From NCBI GenBank assembly GCA_017629245.1, contig JAGBXO010000009.1:38256-102255 (forward strand): 64,000 bases of DNA. Reading direction: 5' to 3'. The stretch is from Alphaproteobacteria bacterium (lineage in GTDB: Bacteria; Pseudomonadota; Alphaproteobacteria; Rs-D84). Below the pieces are notes generated by a model. That model had not been told where the DNA came from, made no database searches, and saw only the letters and a program-made list of their open reading frames with translations. Shown one piece after another: positions 60,166 to 64,000 of this stretch. Each line of letters begins with the position of its first letter. The stretch's first letter is position 1. The position numbers and the translations under genes are program-made.

Positions 60166-61443
60166 ATGAAAAAAATCTTAACAGCATCTTTGGTTGCGAT
60201 GATGGCGGTTACCGCAGCAAACGCGGATATCGCATCGACTGGGTATGTTAATAAAAAATTAACTGGTGATGCGGAAAATAGCACACTGTCTTTTACTGGT
60301 GCAGCTGCAAACCAAACTACTTTGCAGGGGGCCGTTAATGCGATTGCAGACAGCTTGAGCCAAAATTTAGGTGAGGGTGGTAATGTTTCACAACAGATTC
60401 AAGGTGCTATTCAGGGGTTGACTGGTGAAGTCGATGGATCAGGTGTTGTGACATCGATTTCTCAGACAAATGGTAAAGTTACAGCGACTTTGCAAAAGAT
60501 TGGTAATGATCAGGTCGAAGCTATCTCGCAGGAAAAGATTACTGGGTTGACAGATGCTTTGGGGGACAGACAGTTGGTTGATAATATTGTCCCTGAGTTA
60601 AATATTGCGGCAGAAGCTAATAAAGTGGACACTAAGTATCCGTCTGTTAAGGCTGCGTATAAGATCGTTGAAGATGGAACTAAGTCTTTGACAGAAGGTT
60701 TTGGAAATGTGACAGGTACAATTGGTGCTGATTCTACAGAAACTTTTAAAGGACAACTGCAAGAAACTGTTAATCTGAAGAATGCGAATACTGTTGTTCA
60801 GAGTGTAAAAATCCTTGATAAAGCCATTGATGATGTTGATACTGCATTGGCTGAACAAATGGATGCTGATATAGCAGGCTCTTTGGCAGCGCAGATTAAA
60901 GATATGAAGGATACTTCCAAGCAAGGATCTGTTGCAAATACGGTTGCGGGTATTGAAACTGATTTAGGTACAGTGACCTCAGAAAATATGGGTACAACGG
61001 CAAGCAATGTTGCTGATGCGATTAAGGAAGTTGTTGATGAAAAAGCAGACAAGGCGGATACATTGGCGGGTTATGGCATTGGTGATGCGTATACAAAAAC
61101 AGAAACAGAATCTGCAATTACAACCAAAATTGAAGGTTTGGTTGCGGAAGCAGAGGTCGCAGGGACAAATGATGGTTCATATGTAACAGCAGTTGCCCAG
61201 ACAGATGGTAAAATTAAGGTTTCAACTGTTGCTTTTGACACTGCTTTGGATGTTAACAGCACAAATGCTGTTCAGAACAAGGTTGTAGATTCTGCGATTA
61301 AGGGTATTAAAACAAACCTGGGTGGTTTGGATGGTAAAAATATTGCCTCTGTTCCGACTTCATGTGCAGCAGGTGGCAATGGTACATGTTCTTTGGTTAT
61401 GAAGAATGGTGTTGCGACATGGGAAGTTGTTCAGTATGAATAA
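60166..61443 (+). CDS. Fibre-family paralogue 7 (425 aa)
   Basis: Signal peptide MKKILTASLVAMMAVTAANA. DIASTGYVNKKL. Tip SCAAGGNGTCSLVMKNGVATWEVVQYE. Confidence 0.65.
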   Translation: MKKILTASLVAMMAVTAANADIASTGYVNKKLTGDAENSTLSFTGAAANQTTLQGAVNAIADSLSQNLGEGGNVSQQIQGAIQGLTGEVDGSGVVTSISQTNGKVTATLQKIGNDQVEAISQEKITGLTDALGDRQLVDNIVPELNIAAEANKVDTKYPSVKAAYKIVEDGTKSLTEGFGNVTGTIGADSTETFKGQLQETVNLKNANTVVQSVKILDKAIDDVDTALAEQMDADIAGSLAAQIKDMKDTSKQGSVANTVAGIETDLGTVTSENMGTTASNVADAIKEVVDEKADKADTLAGYGIGDAYTKTETESAITTKIEGLVAEAEVAGTNDGSYVTAVAQTDGKIKVSTVAFDTALDVNSTNAVQNKVVDSAIKGIKTNLGGLDGKNIASVPTSCAAGGNGTCSLVMKNGVATWEVVQYE

Positions 61444-61456
61444 ACTTTTGTAAAAT

Positions 61457-61487
61457 AAAAAAACCGGGCGTTTGCCCGGTTTTTTTG
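61457..61487 (+). terminator. Rho-independent terminator after paralogue 7
   Basis: AAAAAAACCGGGC-GTTT-GCCCGGTTTTTTT. Confidence 0.8.
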
Positions 61488-61533
61488 TTTGTGTTTTCTT
61501 TTTGTTTTGTTTGCAGTTTTTATTCAGAAAATT

Positions 61534-61566
61534 GTCATCCCGTGGCTTGACCACGGGACCCAGGTT
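61534..61566. repeat. Left 33-bp inverted repeat flanking the GIY-YIG gene
   Basis: GTCATCCCGTGGCTTGACCACGGGACCCAGGTT. Its reverse complement matches 61897-61929 at 32 of 33 positions. It is itself internally palindromic (CCCGTGG/CCACGGG). Confidence 0.8.
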
Positions 61567-61576
61567 ATGTATTCTG

Positions 61577-61891
61577 ATGTTTATGTGGACAGCAGAAAAG
61601 TATTACTATGTTTATATTATGGCCAGTTCCAGGAATGGAACGCTGTATGTTGGGTTTACCAGTAATTTAGCACAACGTGTTTTTGAACATAAAAATCATT
61701 TGTTGCCTGGATTTACCAGCAGGTATAATGTTGATAAATTAGTTTACTTTGAACGATTTACGGATGTAAACCGTGCAATACGTCATGAGAAGCGTTTAAA
61801 AGAATGGCAAAGGAATTGGAAAAAGGATTTGATAGAAAAATTTAACCCACAATGGCGTGATTTGTATGAAGATTTGAATAATTTGTTATAA
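61577..61891 (+). CDS. GIY-YIG nuclease superfamily protein (UPF0213/COG2827-like)
   Basis: YYVYIMASSRNGTLYVGFTSNLAQRVFEHK...YFERF...AIRHEKRLKEW. The start may be at 61577 or 61583. Confidence 0.75.
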   Translation: MFMWTAEKYYYVYIMASSRNGTLYVGFTSNLAQRVFEHKNHLLPGFTSRYNVDKLVYFERFTDVNRAIRHEKRLKEWQRNWKKDLIEKFNPQWRDLYEDLNNLL

Positions 61892-61896
61892 GGATA

Positions 61897-62300
61897 AACC
61901 TGGGTCCTGTGGTCAAGCCACGGGATGACAAGGTGGAATGACAAGAATCAGAGATTCTTGTAAAGATATGTCGGAATTAAAATCCCTGTTCCCGCCCCAG
62001 GCCCCGCGCAAATAAATATTTGCGTGGGTGGAACCAAGCGGGAATAACAAAAGAAGAATAACCTGGATCCCGTGGTCAAGCCACGGGATGACAAGGTGGA
62101 ATGACAAGAATCAGGGATTCTTGTAAGGATATGCTGGAATAAAATTCCCTGTTCCCGCCCTGGGCCCCGCGCAAATAAATATTTGCGTGGGTGGAACCAA
62201 GCGGGAATGACAAAAGAAGAATAACCTGGGTCCCGTGGTCAAGCCACGGGATGATAGATGATACTATTCCTGGGTTCCGTGGTGTGCGACGGGATGACAG
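61897..62300. repeat. Tandem array of a 163-bp unit (two full copies, a partial third and a degenerate remnant)
   Basis: Units start at 61897, 62060 and 62223, giving an exact 163-bp period. The two full units are about 93-95% identical by eye. Each contains nested palindromes (CCCGTGG..CCACGGG; TTCCCGC..CGCAAATA-AA-TATTTGCG..GCGGGAA). Confidence 0.85.
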
Positions 62301-62310
62301 GGGATGCTTT

Positions 62311-62886
62311 TTAAAACAGGCTTATTAGACCAATCCCTAATACGGCGGCAACGATTGCGCCGATTGTTAATGGCCAAAAGTACTTGTTAACAATTGCGTT
62401 TGCACGTTCTTGAAAAAAATACAGTAATGTTGCAATTATTGCAAAGCGGCCCGTGCGGAATATGGCCGATACCGCCAGAAACAGCAATATTGGATATCCA
62501 ATAAAGCCCAACCATATTGCCAACAGTTTGTATGGTATTGGGGTGACGGCGGTCAGTACGATTATCAATATGCCGTATTTGTTAAACATTGGTTTAATCG
62601 CAGATTCTATTAATTCAGGATTTGAAAATGTTTCAATTAACCATACGCCAACAGAATCGTACAGCCATAATCCAATCATATACGCAATTGCGCCACCAAC
62701 AATTGACCCCAGGGATGCTGCAATCGTTATGGGCAGGGCGCGCCGCTTGTTCGCGATGATTGGTGGGGTCATAAAGACTTCGGGTGGAATGAATAAAAAT
62801 ATGGATTCGCAAATGGTCAAGAAAAAGACCAGCCATGAATAGCCACGCGATTCGGATTTCTGTAATATAAATTCTGAAAATTTCAT
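62311..62886 (-). CDS. YqaA/DedA-type (SNARE-associated) membrane protein
   Basis: LVFFLTICESIFLFIPPEVFM... and a 4-5 TM topology. The start was taken at MKFSEFIL because the longer ORF would overlap rbfA. Confidence 0.55.
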   Translation of the reverse strand: MKFSEFILQKSESRGYSWLVFFLTICESIFLFIPPEVFMTPPIIANKRRALPITIAASLGSIVGGAIAYMIGLWLYDSVGVWLIETFSNPELIESAIKPMFNKYGILIIVLTAVTPIPYKLLAIWLGFIGYPILLFLAVSAIFRTGRFAIIATLLYFFQERANAIVNKYFWPLTIGAIVAAVLGIGLISLF

Positions 62887-62974
62887 TCCCGACCCCTGTT
62901 TTTCAAAAATTTTACTTGATTGTAAAATATAAAATATTAATTTACAATCGTTATAACTTAAAAAAAGATAAAAA

Positions 62975-63328
62975 ATGGCAAAAAGACAATTTAATTCAAA
63001 TCGTGGTGAACGTGTCGCGGCCAAGGTACAAACACTGGTCGCAGAAATCTTGCGCGATAATTGGGGCGAAGATGCGCTTGTGTCGGGGGTGTCTTTGGTC
63101 GGCAGTGTGGCGCATGGCGGATTGCAATTCGTGCGATTGTTTTACTATACCCGTAATGATGATGTTGATGCAGTGCAAAAACGCCTGGATGCAATTACGC
63201 GTATGGTGCGTTTTGAATTGGCCGCACGTATGAATCAAAAATATGTGCCTGATATTAAGTTTGCCTATGATGATACATTGGAAAAGGCCGCACGGATAGA
63301 TGAATTGTTGAATAACCTGGACAAGTGA
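62975..63328 (+). CDS. rbfA: Ribosome-binding factor A
   Basis: RGERVAAKVQTLVAEILR... and ...VPDIKFAYDDTLEKAARIDELL, typical of RbfA. 117 aa. Confidence 0.8.
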   Translation: MAKRQFNSNRGERVAAKVQTLVAEILRDNWGEDALVSGVSLVGSVAHGGLQFVRLFYYTRNDDVDAVQKRLDAITRMVRFELAARMNQKYVPDIKFAYDDTLEKAARIDELLNNLDK

Positions 63329-63329
63329 T

Positions 63330-63737
63330 ATGATATATAGAGTTCTAGAAATAACAGAAAAATTGCAACAGGATTGTTGTAAGGTGGTGAAGGCTTCTGT
63401 GGGTAATGCAAATGCTTCTGGTTTTGCATTGCAGGAATGGCTTAATAAGTATGGTTTTGTTATGTTCGTGGCTGAGGAAAATAACAACATTAGTGGTTTT
63501 ATTTTGGGACATCAAAATTATGATATGAGCTGTCTGCAGTCGTTGTTTGTTGATAAAAAATGTCAGCGACATGGAATAGGAACAGCATTGTTGAAAGCGT
63601 ATGAAGAATATTCTGTAGGACGCGGGGTAAATCGTATCGTCTTTTTGCCACCTGTATCTGAACAAGCCAAAAAATTTTGTCTAAAAAATGGTTATTTGAT
63701 GATTTCAACAGGCAGGTTGTTTAGAAAAACTTTGTAA
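63330..63737 (+). CDS. GNAT-family N-acetyltransferase
   Basis: Acetyl-CoA binding motif LFVDKKCQRHGIGTALL. 135 aa. Confidence 0.6.
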   Translation: MIYRVLEITEKLQQDCCKVVKASVGNANASGFALQEWLNKYGFVMFVAEENNNISGFILGHQNYDMSCLQSLFVDKKCQRHGIGTALLKAYEEYSVGRGVNRIVFLPPVSEQAKKFCLKNGYLMISTGRLFRKTL

Positions 63738-63803
63738 AAATTCACCTTGATAATGCGGCAATACTATACTAGTATATGCCGAGTAAAGCATAGGTGAATT
63801 TGT

Positions 63804-64000
63804 ATGAAGCAGTCTAATATTCGTAATTTTTCAATTGTTGCACATATTGATCATGGTAAGTCAACACTGTCGGACAGGTTGATTGAATTTACAGGTGGTT
63901 TGCAATCGCGCGAAATGAAGGCTCAGGTTCTGGATTCTATGGATATTGAACGTGAACGCGGGATTACGATTAAGGCGCAGACAGTACGACTGAATTACAA
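63804..64000 (+). CDS. lepA: Elongation factor 4 (LepA), N-terminal fragment. The 3' end lies outside the window.
   Basis: My own translation gives [65 protein letters not shown]. The ORF is absent from the track because it has no stop inside the window. Confidence 0.85.
   Translation, partial: MKQSNIRNFSIVAHIDHGKSTLSDRLIEFTGGLQSREMKAQVLDSMDIERERGITIKAQTVRLNY

Noticed and set aside
51736-61443. Fibre array as a prophage tail-fibre module.
   Set aside because: No capsid, tail tube, baseplate, terminase, integrase or lysis genes lie within 64 kb. Every paralogue carries a Sec signal peptide, which phage fibres lack. The array is flanked by housekeeping genes.
61913-62107. 64-aa ORF (MSFHLVIPWLDHGIQ...) inside the tandem repeats, and the 79-aa ORF 22388-22627 (MSFPRRNDKY...) across the 22-bp palindrome.
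   Set aside because: These are translations of palindromic repeat DNA, with no RBS. Peptides of this kind are common mis-annotations of REP-like elements.
61897-62300. Possible CRISPR array.
   Set aside because: The 163-bp units are contiguous, near-identical copies with no unique spacers. The unit is far longer than a CRISPR repeat, and no cas genes are nearby.

Overview
This is a 64-kb, moderately AT-rich bacterial chromosomal segment with about 60 protein genes and one tRNA. No rRNA, CRISPR array, integrase or transposase is visible. All family calls below come from reading motifs in the supplied translations. No database or HMM search was possible, so every family call is provisional.

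The backbone is housekeeping genes of a diderm bacterium: miaB, gatC/gatA/gatB, ruvX, sufBC, pgsA, uvrC, an rluC-family gene, cdaA, dnaN, typA, serS, trxB, fba, rpsT, plsY, dprA, dnaA, parE, dnaJ, tolB, plsC, ftsEX, rbfA and lepA. Several features are compatible with a small-genome, host-associated, alphaproteobacterium-like lineage, but this is only a guess:
- a 659-aa ParE
- an RpoH-type promoter upstream of dnaJ
- separated dnaA and dnaN
- GTCATCCCGTGG-type palindromic repeats
- an RSMIEMLGVLAIMGV-type pilin

Accessory content is interspersed with this backbone:
1. A 9.7-kb array of seven tandem paralogues (51.7-61.4 kb). They encode Sec-signal-bearing, alanine-rich, phage-tail-fibre-like proteins with a shared C-terminal tip. 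Near-identical DNA tracts are shared within and between the genes. This is my best candidate for an undescribed surface-fibre or variation system.
2. A family of secreted cysteine-rich proteins with repeated C-x6-C motifs, two of which carry EGF-like C-terminal modules (35.0-37.3 and 45.0-47.8 kb, possibly also 31.3-32.2 kb).
3. A two-gene TcpQ/PilL-like plus PilN-like secretin module, with a distant type IV pilin.
4. A family of roughly 110-bp composite palindromic intergenic elements with a conserved loop and covarying stems (14.37 kb and 28.04-28.24 kb).
5. A GIY-YIG gene bracketed by 33-bp inverted repeats, followed by a 163-bp tandem repeat array (61.5-62.3 kb).
6. Smaller oddities: an extra ORF translationally coupled inside the gat cluster, an orphan RHH (BrnA-like) gene upstream of a DinD-like gene, an orphan VirB2/TrbC-like gene, and a short UvrC.

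Most genes end in GC-rich stem-loop plus T-run terminators. Many starts are preceded by a purine-rich GAAAGGAAGG-type leader.
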